From Haliotis rufescens (lineage: Eukaryota): a stretch of 64,000 nt of DNA. Positions 10,937 to 23,114 of this stretch are shown here, piece after piece. A program made the translations under genes and the position numbers. The stretch spans positions 30,504,001 through 30,568,000 of the forward strand of contig NW_025964001.1 in the NCBI RefSeq assembly GCF_023055435.1, written 5' to 3'. Under the pieces are notes generated by a model. That model made no database searches, had not been told where the DNA came from, and worked only from the letters and a program-made list of their open reading frames with translations. Numbering within the stretch: position 1 is the stretch's first letter; every line of letters begins with the position of its first letter.

Positions 10937-11053
10937 ATGTTTTCGGAACTGCCTGCCACGGACATTGTGGCCACCCACAGAGAATGTGTGACCCAACTTG
11001 AGGCTGCCACCCGTGCAACTGCTGCCACCACCTTCTCTACCGGGATAAAGATA
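10937..11053 (+). CDS. MNAT1: MNAT1 exon 6
   Basis: MFSELPATDIVATHRECVTQLEAATRATAATTFSTGIKI containing the conserved FSTGIK; ttacag / gtcagt. Confidence 0.9.
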
Positions 11054-11304
11054 GTCAGTATTCAGTTTAGCATTGCCTATTTATGTAAGGCTTCATGGTA
11101 AAAGTCTAAGATGGTTTTTTCCTGTGTTTCAGTCTTTGTAACCATCATGTAAAAAGACTTAACACTTTCACCATACATTTTACTATTCATTATATGAGTC
11201 CAGTTTGTGGTTAGAAACTGCTGAAAATTCATCGTTGATGATTTCCTTGATGACAGCAATTTTCAATTTATATGAATCACAGATAATATCTGAATGTTAA
11301 TTGA

Positions 11305-11815
11305 CACCCCTGTGGGGATTCCAGGGCAAAATATGTTCCTCGTACCCTCTGCTTGTTGTGAGAAAATAAGGATCAGGGTGCCGTTGTACAAAGCAATCTT
11401 AGTGTTAAGGTAGGGTAACTCCCATACCTTAACATAGACTTAGGGACAGTCGGGTAGCCTAGTGGTTAAAGGTAAAGCTCATCACGCCGAATGCCCGGGT
11501 TTGATTCCCGACGTGGGTACAATGTGTGAAGCCCATTTCTGGTGTCCCCCGCCATGATATTGCTGGAATATTGCTCAAAACAGCGTAAAACCATATTCAC
11601 TCACTGACATAGACTTAGGACATTCGTAGTGCTAAGGTTGTTTTGTGCAACGACACCCAGGTGGTTAAAGTGTGTGACCTGGCTGATAATGTGTCCCCTG
11701 GCCCCAAATACTCACACAGTCAATCACTGGATTACCCGGCCGACACTCAGTTATATATGGGCTGCCATGATATAGCTTGCATATTGCTTATGGTTATGTA
11801 AATCAACATTCACTT
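11305..11815 (+). mobile_element. Nested insertion: old family C copy > Harbinger-like MITE (11377-11657) > tRNA-SINE family D (11445-11606)
   Basis: MITE TIR ggtgccgttgtacaaagcaatcttag / ctaaggttgttttgtgcaacgacacc with CAG TSD; SINE TSD acatagacttagg; family C sequence resumes after the MITE. Confidence 0.75.
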
Positions 11816-11833
11816 GCTGATCTTTTTCAATTG

Positions 11834-12282
11834 CAATCTCATTAAAATCGGATCTTAGTTCTCGCTATCATTAAACAAAGAGGGCATCCCATTAGGGGGC
11901 ATGTCAGAAAGACTTTTCATCCAACCAATCAGAGCGTCGCTTACCAGATCATGAATATGACAGTCGGAATGTGATTTCTGAAAGATTAAACACGGTTATC
12001 CGAGCGACAGTTACAGGCTTTATGACTGAATCCATACAATCTAGGCCATCTATTAGCCACTCCAGAATGTTTGTTTGTTCTGTTTTCAAATTTTTAATCG
12101 AGAATTTGTCAAAATATGTTTCAAAGCGTAGTCACCAGTTTGAAACTAGCGCCATGAAGCAGGAAAAAGCTGCCTTCCGATTGGGTAATGCGACTTCTTG
12201 TCAGTCATTCCATTGGTCGGTCAAAATTCACGAAAGGTTGTTTAGCGATAGCAAGAATTAAGATCTGATTTTAATGAGATTG
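11834..12282. mobile_element. MULE-like MITE
   Basis: Long TIR CAATCTCATTAAAATC...; 9-bp TSD tttcaattg/ttccaattg. Confidence 0.8.
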
Positions 12283-12318
12283 TTCCAATTGTAATATTGC
12301 TGTGAACTAACCTTGCAG

Positions 12319-12446
12319 GGTCATCACGACACCGTTCTGCCACTTCCTGGTTGTGAGGACAATGACGATGCATATATGTACCTGCCCTATAACTTGAACA
12401 ACAGCGGCCCCAGACTTGTTGCCCAGGAAGATATACACAACCTAGG
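12319..12446 (+). CDS. MNAT1: MNAT1 exon 7
   Basis: GHHDTVLPLPGCEDNDDAYMYLPYNLNNSGPRLVAQEDIHNL; branch point actaac then ttgcag; donor gtaagc; phase 0-2. Confidence 0.88.
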
Positions 12447-12505
12447 GTAAGCATCACTTGAATTAGATACATGTAATTATTTATAATCCTTCTAAGACCC
12501 TTGCG

Positions 12506-12822
12506 ACCGCCTCCGTGGTCCAGTGGTAGAGTGACCACCCAGAGAGCGTTAAGTCCGGGGTTGATTCCTGGCTGCGTCATACCAGAAGACGTTAAAAGAT
12601 GGTACTTGTTGTTACCCTGTGTGGCGCTCAGCATTAAGGGGCTAAAACAACGTCTGGTCGGCTCGTAGTCAGCATACTGTGTCTGAGTGGGATATTCATG
12701 TTAAAGTGCGGCGCATGGTATCTCAGTGAGCTAGCACTATAAATCAGTATCAGTCCGGACTAGTGCGCACGCACGCACTGTGTGCATGCACGTTGCTATA
12801 TAAGTGCAATAATCTTAGACCG
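12506..12822 (+). mobile_element. SINE family B
   Basis: Same head and core as other copies. Confidence 0.75.
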
Positions 12823-13200
12823 TTGCAAATTCTTACTTAGGACACTTGTTCCTGAATCCAATTCAATTTGAGTGTCAGTTATGAATGCCTCACAACAAAA
12901 ATAATGAATACCGTATTCAACGTAATAAGCGCCCAGAGCACTCTCAAAATTAGAAATAGGAATTATTAGAATATTATTTTGGTGGAAAAAAGAGAGTTGA
13001 AAGATAAATTTCATGGTTTATGCTGACACACTGAAATGTTTATATGCGACAGATACATATTTCCAGAATTTAATTGCCCATAATTAAGAATGCATATAAC
13101 ACATGAGTGTGTATTATATGCGAATAATTAAGTCTTGTGTACATTGATCAACCAGAAGGAGTGCTAATTGGGATTGTTCAGTAGCCAATATATTAGCAAA

Positions 13201-13375
13201 GCCCCAAGTGATGCAGGTCTCAGACGTTTACCGCTTCAGTGACATCCACGAGCACGGGTACGGTGCTGACAAACCTAGAAACATAATCGGGGTAAACTGG
13301 GATCATAGACTACTGGCGTGCCCAAGGGACGCAACTCAGCACAGCGAATCACGGCACCTTAGATGACTGGGCCAC
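13201..13375 (-). mobile_element. SINE family A, partial
   Basis: Reverse complement of the family A head and body. Confidence 0.75.
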
Positions 13376-13955
13376 TGAACAGTAGAAGTTGTAAACACTC
13401 GTAGTGTAATAAGACAAGTGTCCTTGTTGCTGCCATGTTAGATGCTCGTGTAGACAGCAGTGAAATATCGAAGTAACAAAATCCACTTAATCTTCTCATT
13501 TTGCTTCTATTTTCTAGTGTCTACAGTTGTGATAATTCACAAACACAAATACACAAATTTGGATTGAGAAACACAGGAAACAGGAGAAGGTGCTAAATGT
13601 GCTTGATAGAGGGCTTCTGATACAATCTGATAGTGATAACAATATTTTATGAGTGTTTCATTTGTTACCACAAACAACTTACAGGACACCATGGAAACCG
13701 GTTATCAAGAGTGATAATTTTTGTCACCGTAATATGTTTGAAGCTTCAAATTAATAATGTACTATTATTTTCAAAATATAAAAAAAAATATTAAGACTTT
13801 AGTTTAGTCCACCACTTGTTTTCAGGAAGCTTATGACCAAGAGAATGGAAGCATGGAAATGTACAGGGTTAGGAGGTAGGTATGTTGTAGAAGTACCTGT
13901 AGTGTTGGTAACGGTACCTCTACAAAATACCTACTACCTGTACATGATTTTTAAG

Positions 13956-14186
13956 ACCCGTGAAGATCTGGGGTAGAATAGGTCTTCAGCAACCCATCCT
14001 TGTCGTAAGAGGCGACTAACGGGATCAGCTCCTCAGGCTCACTGGTTGGTGCATGTCATTGTATCCCAATTGCGTGGATCGATACTCATGATTCTGGTCC
14101 ACACTCGATTATATACAGACCGCCGTCATATAGCTGGAATATTGCTGAGTGCGGCATTAAGCAACAAACAAAACAAACAAACAAAC
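13956..14186 (+). mobile_element. Short retroposon family C
   Basis: ACCCGTGAAGATC head to (AAAC)n tail. Confidence 0.82.
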
Positions 14187-14389
14187 ATGATCTTTAAGTG
14201 GCATTCTAGAAGATGTACTGTTAATGCAAACAGAGTTGACATGTGGATTTTAGCTTCTTTTTTTTTCTAAGCAACATTTCAGCTCAGGTGCTCATACACA
14301 TATCTTACAACTGAAGAACAAATGGTTAGGGCTTGGTTACATAGCAACACTTACATTTTTATGGATATTATCAAATAGAACAAATATGG

Positions 14390-14673
14390 AACCCGTGAAG
14401 ATCCGGGGTAGAATAGGTCTTCAGCAACCCATGCTTGTCTTCCCCGTGAAGACGTAAGTGCGACTTTGCTTGTCGTAAGAGGCGACTAACGGAATCGGGG
14501 TGGTCAGGCTCGCTGACTTGGTTGCTGCATGTCATAGTATCCCAATTGCGTGGATCGATGCTTATGATGTCAATCACTGGATTGTCTGGTCCAGACTTGA
14601 TTATTTACAGGCCGCTGTCATATAGCTGGACTATTGCTGAGTGTGGCGTTAAACAAAAAACAAACAAACAACA
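14390..14673 (+). mobile_element. Short retroposon family C
   Basis: Full-length copy with an expanded hairpin module. Confidence 0.85.
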
Positions 14674-14943
14674 AATAATGTCAGGGAATAAAGCCTTGGA
14701 ACAACAGTTTGTATTAGTTTGTAGTTCTAGGTCGTTGTGACCCCTGATCACATATGATTCTAGTTGATAAGGTGAGGGTAGGCTGATTGGTTGAAGAAAC
14801 CCTGGTCTATGTTGATGGCCAGTTGGAATGTTTTATGTGGATGGCCTCTGTTAGATTTCTCATGTTGAGTCCAGGAATATTCCAGCTGTATGACGGCAGA
14901 CAGTGATTAATGTTGTGAACATCAATCTGGGTCTGATGACATG

Positions 14944-15432
14944 CAATCTCATTAAAATCAGATCTTAGTTCTCACTACCGCTAAACAAAGATCTGAGGAC
15001 ATCCCATTACGGTTCACGTCAGGCCAACCTTGCGCGAACTTTGACTGACCAATGGAATGATCAATCAGAAGGCAGCTTTCTCGTGCTTTACGGCACTAAT
15101 TTCAAATTGGCGACTACGCTTCGCAACATATTTTGACAAATTCTCGATTACAAATTTGAAACCTAAACAAAAGGACATTCTGGAATGGCTAAAAGATGGT
15201 CTAGATTGTATGGATTCAGTCGTTAAACCCGTAACTATCGTTCGGAATACCCCGTGTTAAAGTTTTCGAGGTTGTATGATAAGAAATCACATTCCGAATG
15301 TCACTTTCATGATCTGGTAAGCGACGCTCTGATTGGTTGGATGAAAGGTCGTTCTGACGTGAACCCTAATGTGATGTCTTCAGATCTTTGTTTAGCGGTA
15401 GCGAGAACTAAGGTCTGATTTTAATGAAATTG
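14944..15432. mobile_element. MULE-like MITE, same family in opposite orientation, inside an old family C copy (about 14875-15536, - strand)
   Basis: Same TIR; perfect 9-bp TSD gatgacatg; internal sequence is the reverse complement of the 11834 copy. Confidence 0.83.
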
Positions 15433-15669
15433 GATGACATGGATCAACCAAGTCACTGAGTCTGACCGTCCGATCCTTTTGGTTGTCTCTTGTGACCAGC
15501 ATAGGTTGCTGGGGACCTAACCCAAAATCCCCACAAGAAGAATGTGATCTGAGATGGCAGGTTTTGTGTCTTGTTCATTTGTTGATCTGTGGTGTTGGTG
15601 GATGGTGAGAGGTGAGTGGGGTTACTGTTTTTTCTGATGTATGTACATGTAACGTTGCTTGTCTTGCAG

Positions 15670-15826
15670 GTACCTCTCTCATGTCCGCCCAGCAACAGAC
15701 ATGGAACGTGGTGGAGGTTTTGAAGCCAGGATAGCCTGCCAGCGAGCTCTCCATGATGCTCTTAGCGGACTTTTCTACTTCCCGGAAACTGACAGCAGTT
15801 CTGGGCTACAACCTATGGTCACATGA
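15670..15826 (+). CDS. MNAT1: MNAT1 exon 8 (CDK7/cyclin H-binding C-terminus) with stop
   Basis: (G)YLSHVRPATDMERGGGFEARIACQRALHDALSGLFYFPETDSSSGLQPMVT*, matching the MAT1 C-terminal GYLxHVR...ACxRAL...SGLF motif. Confidence 0.94.
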
Positions 15827-16162
15827 CTTATCTAGCAGGCAGCTCTCTGAACAGTGGCAAGCTGTCAACAGATTCGAGATTAGTCTGTTTTGAGGTGGCC
15901 GATACACTTCCGCTCTGCCTTGTCCAGAAGTATTTGCTGGTCTTCATATCCAAACAATAGTGGAAAGGTGCGCAGTGTCCAGCAAGTATATATCATTTGG
16001 TGCACAGACATTCTCCACCTCGACAGCTCTGACAAGCCTCTGATGAAGGACTTGTGATATAGTGTTTCAGGGATGTGTGTAAGGCAAGGATGTGTGTGTG
16101 TATGTCTCTGTTTAAGATGGAATGAAAATTGACACTTGGTGAACACGCGTCCACACTGCATC

Positions 16163-16168
16163 AATAAA
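16163..16168 (+). terminator. Probable MNAT1 polyadenylation signal
   Basis: AATAAA about 340 nt after the stop codon; ATTAAA also at 16201. Confidence 0.55.
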
Positions 16169-16274
16169 ATAGCCATGTCCGTAGGGTTGAAACCAATCCT
16201 ATTAAAATAACCCTGTCTATAGGGTTAAAACTGGTTCTCACTGCATCATCAAAATACACTATAATGCCCTATAA

Positions 16275-17772
16275 TGCATTACATAATGTCCTTATCTGCA
16301 GGGTATGTTGTGGTCCTGCAGAACATGATGTCCTTATGTGCAGGGTATGTTGTGGTCCTGCAGGACATGATGTCCTTGTGGACAGGGTATGTTGTGCTCC
16401 TGCAGTACATGATGTCCTTGTGGACAGGGTATGTTGTGCTCCTGCAGTACATAATGTCCTTGTGGACAGGGTATGTTGTGCTCCTGCAGTACATAATGTC
16501 CTTGTGGACAGGGTATGTTGTGGTCCTGCAGGACATGATGTCCTTGTGGACAGGGTATGTTGTGGTCCTGCAGGACATGATGTCCTTATGTGCAGCGTAT
16601 GTTGTGGTCATGCGTTACATAATGTCCTTGTGTGCAGGGTAAATTGTGCTCCTGCAGAACATGATGTCCCTGTGTGCAGGGTAAATTGTGCTCCTGCAGA
16701 ACATGATGTCCTCATGAACAGGGTATGTTGTGGTCCTGCAGAACATGATGTCCTTATGTGCTGGGTATGTTGTGGTCCTGCAGAACATAATGTCCTTATG
16801 TGCAGGGTAAGTTGTGGTCCTGCAGAACATAATGTCCTTGTGGGCAGGGTATGTTGTGTTCCTGCAGAACATGATGTCCATGTGTGCAGGTACATTGTGC
16901 TCCTGCAGAACATGATGTCCTCATGAGCAGGGTATGTTGTGGTCCTGCAGAACATGATGTCCTTATGTGCAGGGTATGTTGTGGTCCTGCAGAACATGAT
17001 GTCCTTATGTGCAGGGTAAGTTGTGGTCCTGCAGAACATAATGACCTTGTGGGCAGGGTATGTTGTGCCCCTGCAGTACATAATGTCCTTGTGGACAGGG
17101 TATGTTGTGCTCCTGCAGGACATGATGTCCTTGTGGACAGGGTATGTTGTGCTCCTGCAGGACATGATGTCCTTGTGGACAGGGTATGTTGTGGTCCTGC
17201 AGGACATGATGTCCTTGTGGACAGGGTATGTTGTGCTCCTGCAGGACATGATGTCCTTGTGGACAGGGTATGTTGTGGTCCTGCAGGACATGATGTCCTT
17301 GTGGACAGGGTATGTTGTGGTCCTGCAGTACATGATGTCCTTATGTGCAGCGTATGTTGTGGTCATGCGTTACATAATGTCCTTGTGTGCAGGGTAAATT
17401 GTGCTCCTGCAGAACATGATGTCCGTGTGTGCAGGGTAAATTGTGCTCCTGCAGAACATGATGTCCTTATGTGCAGGATAAGTTGTGGTCCTGCAGAACA
17501 TAATGTCCTTGTGGACAGGGTATGTTGTGGTCCTGCAGTACATGATGTCCTTATGTGCAGCGTATGTTGTGGTCATGCATTACATAATGTCCTTGTGTGC
17601 AGGGTAAATTGTGCTCCTGCAGAACATGATGTCCTTGTGTGCAGGGTAAATTGTGCTCCTGCAGAACATGATGTCCTTATGTGCAGGATAAGTTGTGGTC
17701 CTGCAGAACATAATGTCCTTGTGGGCAGGGTATGTTGTGTTCCTGCAGAACATGATGTCCATGTGTGCAGGT
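16275..17772. repeat. 42-bp minisatellite with higher-order blocks
   Basis: Unit tgcagggtatgttgtggtcctgcagaacatgatgtccttatg. Confidence 0.95.
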
Positions 17773-18728
17773 AAATTTTTTATGATACACTATTACATTT
17801 TGTACAACCACGAACTTGTAATTTTGTTTTCTTATTCTTATTACAAAGAAGCCACTATTTACAGGTAATAACTTATATTATATTGTAATAGCAATGTTTC
17901 TGTATAGATCTTTATACCATTGTCAAGCAAGACTGAATGTGTTTCATTTGTCCTACCTCTATTACATCACAGCCGTAATTCCTGTCTTTGCCTGACCTCA
18001 CACCATAAACTCTCAACAACATGATGCCTATTCCCCTTGATTATGATAGAGTTTGCAAGAAATTCAACATTGAAAAACAGACTGACACGCAAAAGAAAAC
18101 GCTCAAAACCCTTTTTGTGGAAATGATGTCTTCATGACCTCATGTCCTTATATTACACGTTTCCTTTGGCCTTATCTTGACATTTGATTGGTTGGTAAAA
18201 TGTAAATGAAAATCAAGGTTACTTATCAGTATCCAATATGTACTTTTGAATTTGATCACTTTGTGCCGAAAAAAAATACATTCTTTTGTGCTTCATGTGA
18301 CATCGATTCTTGCCTCACATACACATGAAAAATCTTTCCTTAGGGGCGACATCTAACGATATAGAGACAAACCCATACCAATAACTCTTGAAGAAGTACA
18401 GGAAAAATTACTTGCGGAATTCTGAAATACATAATGCCAAATGACATTTAAGTACACATATTTCAGAAGTAAAGAACAACATTTACACTATCAATTCTAA
18501 ACGTGGAGAACTGGAAGACTCTGTTATAGAACTATATACATAGTGATCGAATCACAATTAAACACAACCATGATAATATGTATGAGGACATTGATGCACT
18601 TTCGGGCAATGCTGATACTGTTTGATCAGATGTCAAAATTTGATACAAAACTATATAGACTTGAGTCGAATAGCGGACATATTATTATTTTCCCGGAAGG
18701 TGCAGGCAAAGAATAATCAATGGTATGT

Positions 18729-18978
18729 TGGTTGGTTGGTTGTATGTGTTTAACGCCGCACGCTGCAATATCCCAGCTATATGACGGCGGTCTGTAAATA
18801 ATCGAGTCTGGACCAGACAATCCAGTGATTGACATCATGAGCGTCGATCCACGCAATTGCGATACGATGACATGCATCAATCAAGTCAGCGTCCCTGACC
18901 ACCCGATCCCGTTTGTCGCCTCTTACGACAAGCATAGGCGCCTTTTACGGCAAGCATGGGCTGCTGAAGACCTATTCT
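18729..18978 (-). mobile_element. Short retroposon family C
   Basis: Full-length reverse copy; TSD caatggtatgt. Confidence 0.85.
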
Positions 18979-19503
18979 ACCCTGGATCTTCTCGGGTCCA
19001 ATGGTATGTGAAGATGCCGTGTTATCTGTCATCAGTTAACATGCTAAATTCGAAACGTGGCAACCATTGGACACAATAGGTGGACACCGGCTTAGCGTTA
19101 ATTGTGAAAATGCAAATCGACTTCGTCCAATGATTGAAAAGCCACGTGTCTCACGGCAAAGTACAAACCTTGAAAGCGGGATCCACATTCAAGGAAGGTG
19201 GACTTGGAATTTCCAGTGACCTAACGTCACGTCAACATCAACAGCTGCAGGCACTTTGAGGAACCAACACTTTTGGATTTTTCAAAAGAGGGACGGTTTG
19301 TGCAAAAACTTCTCACAATAGAAACAACACCAAAATTGATTATGTTTAACTCTGCAGACACGACACGAGAAAGCCTATCTTTGCCTAGAAGAAAAAAACA
19401 GTGTCAAATGCTTCTGTAAGCTTTGGTATTGGATGAGGCCCGACGGTCAGGTGGTATTTGTGCAAGTAAATTAAATAAGATGTTTATAATCTCCTGTGCC
19501 TGA

Positions 19504-19833
19504 GACCGCCTCCGAGGTCTAGTGGTAGAGCGTCTACCCGGAGCGGAAGGTCGGGGTTCGATTCCCGGTCGCGTCATACCAAAAGACGTAAAAGGATGGC
19601 AGTTGTTACCCTGCCTGGAGCTCGCCATTAAGGAGTTAAAACAAGGACTGGTCGGCTTGGAGTCCGTATACTATGTCTGAATAGGGTATTCATGTACCTG
19701 CGGTATGGTATCTCACTATTAAATCGGGTTTATTCCGGACTAGTACTAGCAGCCACAAACACACGCACGTGCATGCATGTCGCTATGTAAGTGCAATCAT
19801 CTTGGACGGCAACGTTAAACCCCATTTCACATC
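19504..19833 (+). mobile_element. SINE family B
   Basis: Same head and core; clear GGTTCGATTCC B box. Confidence 0.78.
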
Positions 19834-20559
19834 ATTTTGCAAATCCGAGCAGAAGGTCTAATTCATATACATGAAGAAACAGATCAACAAGAAGAGGAGC
19901 GCACATGATGCTCATGGGGACGCCTACTCCTAGCCTAAATGTCTTGCCCCCAATCTTTTATTTTCCCATGGTTTTTGTTTTATTTGGTTATGTCACTCAA
20001 TTGGAAATGGGTTTCTTAAAGAATTGAGAAAACGGTCTATAAATATGTTCTACCAAGAATGACATTCCACTTGAGAGGATAGTTCACATTATGAATATTA
20101 CAAAACTTTCATAACTTTTTAAAAATTTTTTATCAGAACTCACTACGGAAAACTTAAGAAAACATATAATTAAATATCGACTTGGTTTACTAGACCTATT
20201 TGTAAATGAAGGATGAAAAATGTCCATTGAAAAATCGAAACGAATTTGTCCATTATGCAATATAGAAATAGAAAATGAATTCATTTTGTGTTTATCCATT
20301 TTACAGTAATCTTCAAAAGAAATATATCAAAGATTATTTAGTATCAATGTCACCGATCAACGTTCTTTTGTATTTATTCTGACGACAAAGAATTGATATA
20401 TAATATCTTTATTTATACGTTATACACGCCTCAACCAAAAGGAATGAACTAATTAAACAACATGTATGCCCCTATGTGTAACATTTATGATAATATTGGA
20501 CTCTCTCTTGTGTATGGGCCGGAAAACTTTTGTACAATAAATTTCTTATGACTTTGACT

Positions 20560-20890
20560 AAGATAGCTCGGCGTGGCCAAAAAGGATGGTACACCTGGAT
20601 TTTCCCACTCCTCATGGTACCACCAATAAGACTTCCTGAATGTAGGGCTCTATTGCACAAAGCAAGATCAGACGTATTCCATGGCAACCTCCATTGCCTC
20701 CACCTACACGCTTGGTAGTTATCACGTCCAAGAAACAGGCATCGATATTCTCTGCCTCTGCAGCAGTGGCACGATCATCGAGGCCATCCTCATCTGCCAT
20801 GTATGACACAAGATGGAAAATGTTCTGGCAGTGGAGAATAGCAGGGTCACTGGAATACGTGGAGATAGCCTTTCCAATGGCTGCCTAAAA
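20560..20890 (+). mobile_element. DIRS-like retrotransposon fragment
   Basis: Overlapping frames give FHGNLHCLHLHAW and RSSRPSSSAMYDTRWKMFWQW, resembling the DIRS pol end and the tyrosine recombinase N-terminus. Confidence 0.55.
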
Positions 20891-21122
20891 TATTACCTAT
20901 TACTGCATGGGATATATTTTCACATTCACACCCTGTACGGAAATAACTAGTTAGTTATTTTACTGCACTGTTTTGAATATACGACAGCACACATTTAGGT
21001 GGGCAGTTTTCACTTTACAGCTCCGCTTATTACATCCTCCTTTAAAACACCAGGTTAGTCTTGAATTCAGCTTCTGGGAAAAGTAATAAAGTTGCTTTAC
21101 CCCAGCGTGTAGTCTAATAAAG

Positions 21123-21312
21123 TACAGTAAATTACGTTTATAACGAACGCGCTTATCACAAACTGACGGATATAACGTACTGTTTTTGTTGTCTCATTCA
21201 GCTAAATAGAATCCCGTTCATCCCTCTATGTTACTACAGTAAACTACGGTTATAACGAACACAAAGGGTCACTTTGTTCGTTATGACCGTATTTCGTTAT
21301 AAGCATGTATAC
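21123..21312. mobile_element. Degenerate, compound copy of the CAGTAAACTACG MITE
   Basis: Two TIR-like starts and GTTCGTTAT motifs. Confidence 0.6.
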
Positions 21313-21539
21313 AGCATATACACAGCACCGTCAGTATGTAACTTCATACCGAAGGTTCTCTCAACTAAGGCCTAAGTTCGAAATCCCGTCCGCTTTCGGA
21401 GCAGAACCCCCAAACCGTTGAATATTTCTTTTTGAAACTTGCTTTACAGATCAGTTGAATGGAGAAACGGTGCTTTTTGATAATTTTGGATATTTTTTAT
21501 TTTATACGTTTTAGGTTTTCATGACGACAATTAAGAATT

Positions 21540-21542
<3 letters not shown>

Positions 21543-21578
<36 letters not shown>

Positions 21579-21828
21579 AAAAGTGAGGTAGAAATGGTCA
21601 AAACTCCAATTCCAAATCGCATATATATAGAAATATATGTATATATATATATGAAAAGTTAGGTAGAAATAGTCAANNNNNNNNNNNNNNNNNNNNNNNN
21701 NNNNNNNNNNNNNNNNNNNNNNNNNNNNNNNNNNNNNNNNNNNNNNNNNNNNNNNNNNNNNNNNNNNNNNNNNNNNNNNNNNNNNNNNNNNNNNNNNNNN
21801 NNNNNTCAAAACTCCAATTCCAAATCTC

Positions 21829-21907
<79 letters not shown>

Positions 21908-21949
21908 AAAAGTGAGGTAGAAATAGTCAAAACTCCAATTCCAAATCTC

Positions 21950-22020
<71 letters not shown>

Positions 22021-22210
22021 AAAAGTTAGGTAGAAATAGTCAAANNNNNNNNNNNNNNNNNNNNNNNNNNNNNNNNNNNNNNNNNNNNNNNNNNNNNNNN
22101 NNNNNNNNNNNNNNNNNNNNNNNNNNNNNNNNNNNNNNNNNNNNNNNNNNNNNNNNNNNNNNNNNNNNNNNNNNNNNNNNNNNNNNNNNNNNNNNNNNNN
22201 NNNNNNNNNN
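21543..22210. repeat. (GT)n/(AT)n-containing tandem repeat with two assembly gaps (21677-21805, 22045-22210)
   Basis: Repeated tcaaaagtgaggtagaaatagtcaaaactccaattccaaatc spacer between microsatellite runs; N runs. Confidence 0.9.
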
Positions 22211-22596
22211 CAAATCGCACGAGATCGGGATGGATATGTCGTCTCCTGATGATGCTTGTATTTTGTTATATTTTTGATGATGCTTGTATCTGTGTTTGGA
22301 TAGGTCAGGTGAGCTTAAGGAAAGGTAACATTTCGTGCTTTTCAATTTGCCGTGGAAAAGAAAACATGTCTAACGATTCATCAAGTTTATTAAGTTCAAC
22401 AACATACAAGTAATATACTTAGTGTGCACGAACAAGCAACGTTTCTTCGTCCGGTATGTGACGATGTAATGACAATAGAGACACCGACATCAGTATCAGA
22501 ACACGGTATTACATCAACAGTGCATCTTCCAGACATTCAACACACAGGAAACAAACAATAACGTCGGATAAGAGTTTTTCATGTTGTGTTCGCCTG

Positions 22597-22700
22597 GTGC
22601 CCCTGTACAGAACAACCTTAGTGCCACGACTGTCGTCAGTCCATGTTAAGGACTGGGAGTTGCGATCACCGTTACGCTGAGATCACTTTGAACAACGGCA
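22597..22700. mobile_element. Harbinger-like MITE, same family as 11377
   Basis: gtgcc...ggcac termini flanked by CTG. Confidence 0.55.
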
Positions 22701-23114
22701 CCTGATCTGCGAAATGAACACCCTTACGTTTGATTAAAGTGCCACCCACATACATCGAACACCACGTTCAAAACATTAAAACGATCAATTGAAAGCTGTT
22801 GTATAGTAGAGATTTGAAAATCACTTGGGCTTGGAAGTCCCACAGAGTAAGTATAAAACATGGTCGCTCTTTCGTCATTTGATTAACAGTCTGCCAACAA
22901 GATGTCAAGCTCGCATTTGTGAACATCGTAGAGATACTCTGTATTGGAGAGTCGAGATTAATGAAAGAAATTATAAGAGTAACATGCTTCGGACGCTCAT
23001 TGTCTCAAGGTGTAGTTATAAACAATGTGCGATTAAGCTTGTAGTTCAAGAGGGGGTCCTTGGACACTGGATTCGTAATGCGAGGGAGAACTAGTAGAGA
23101 AGATGCATATGATT

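Noticed and set aside
15880-16176. Antisense 98-aa ORF in the MNAT1 3'UTR, and stop-codon readthrough
   Set aside because: No recognisable homology; an in-frame TAG follows the TGA after two codons
16264-17774. Metallothionein- or keratin-associated-like Cys-rich ORFs
   Set aside because: 42-bp minisatellite, frameshift near 16890, open on both strands
21531-22345. ORFs containing X runs
   Set aside because: They span assembly gaps and microsatellites
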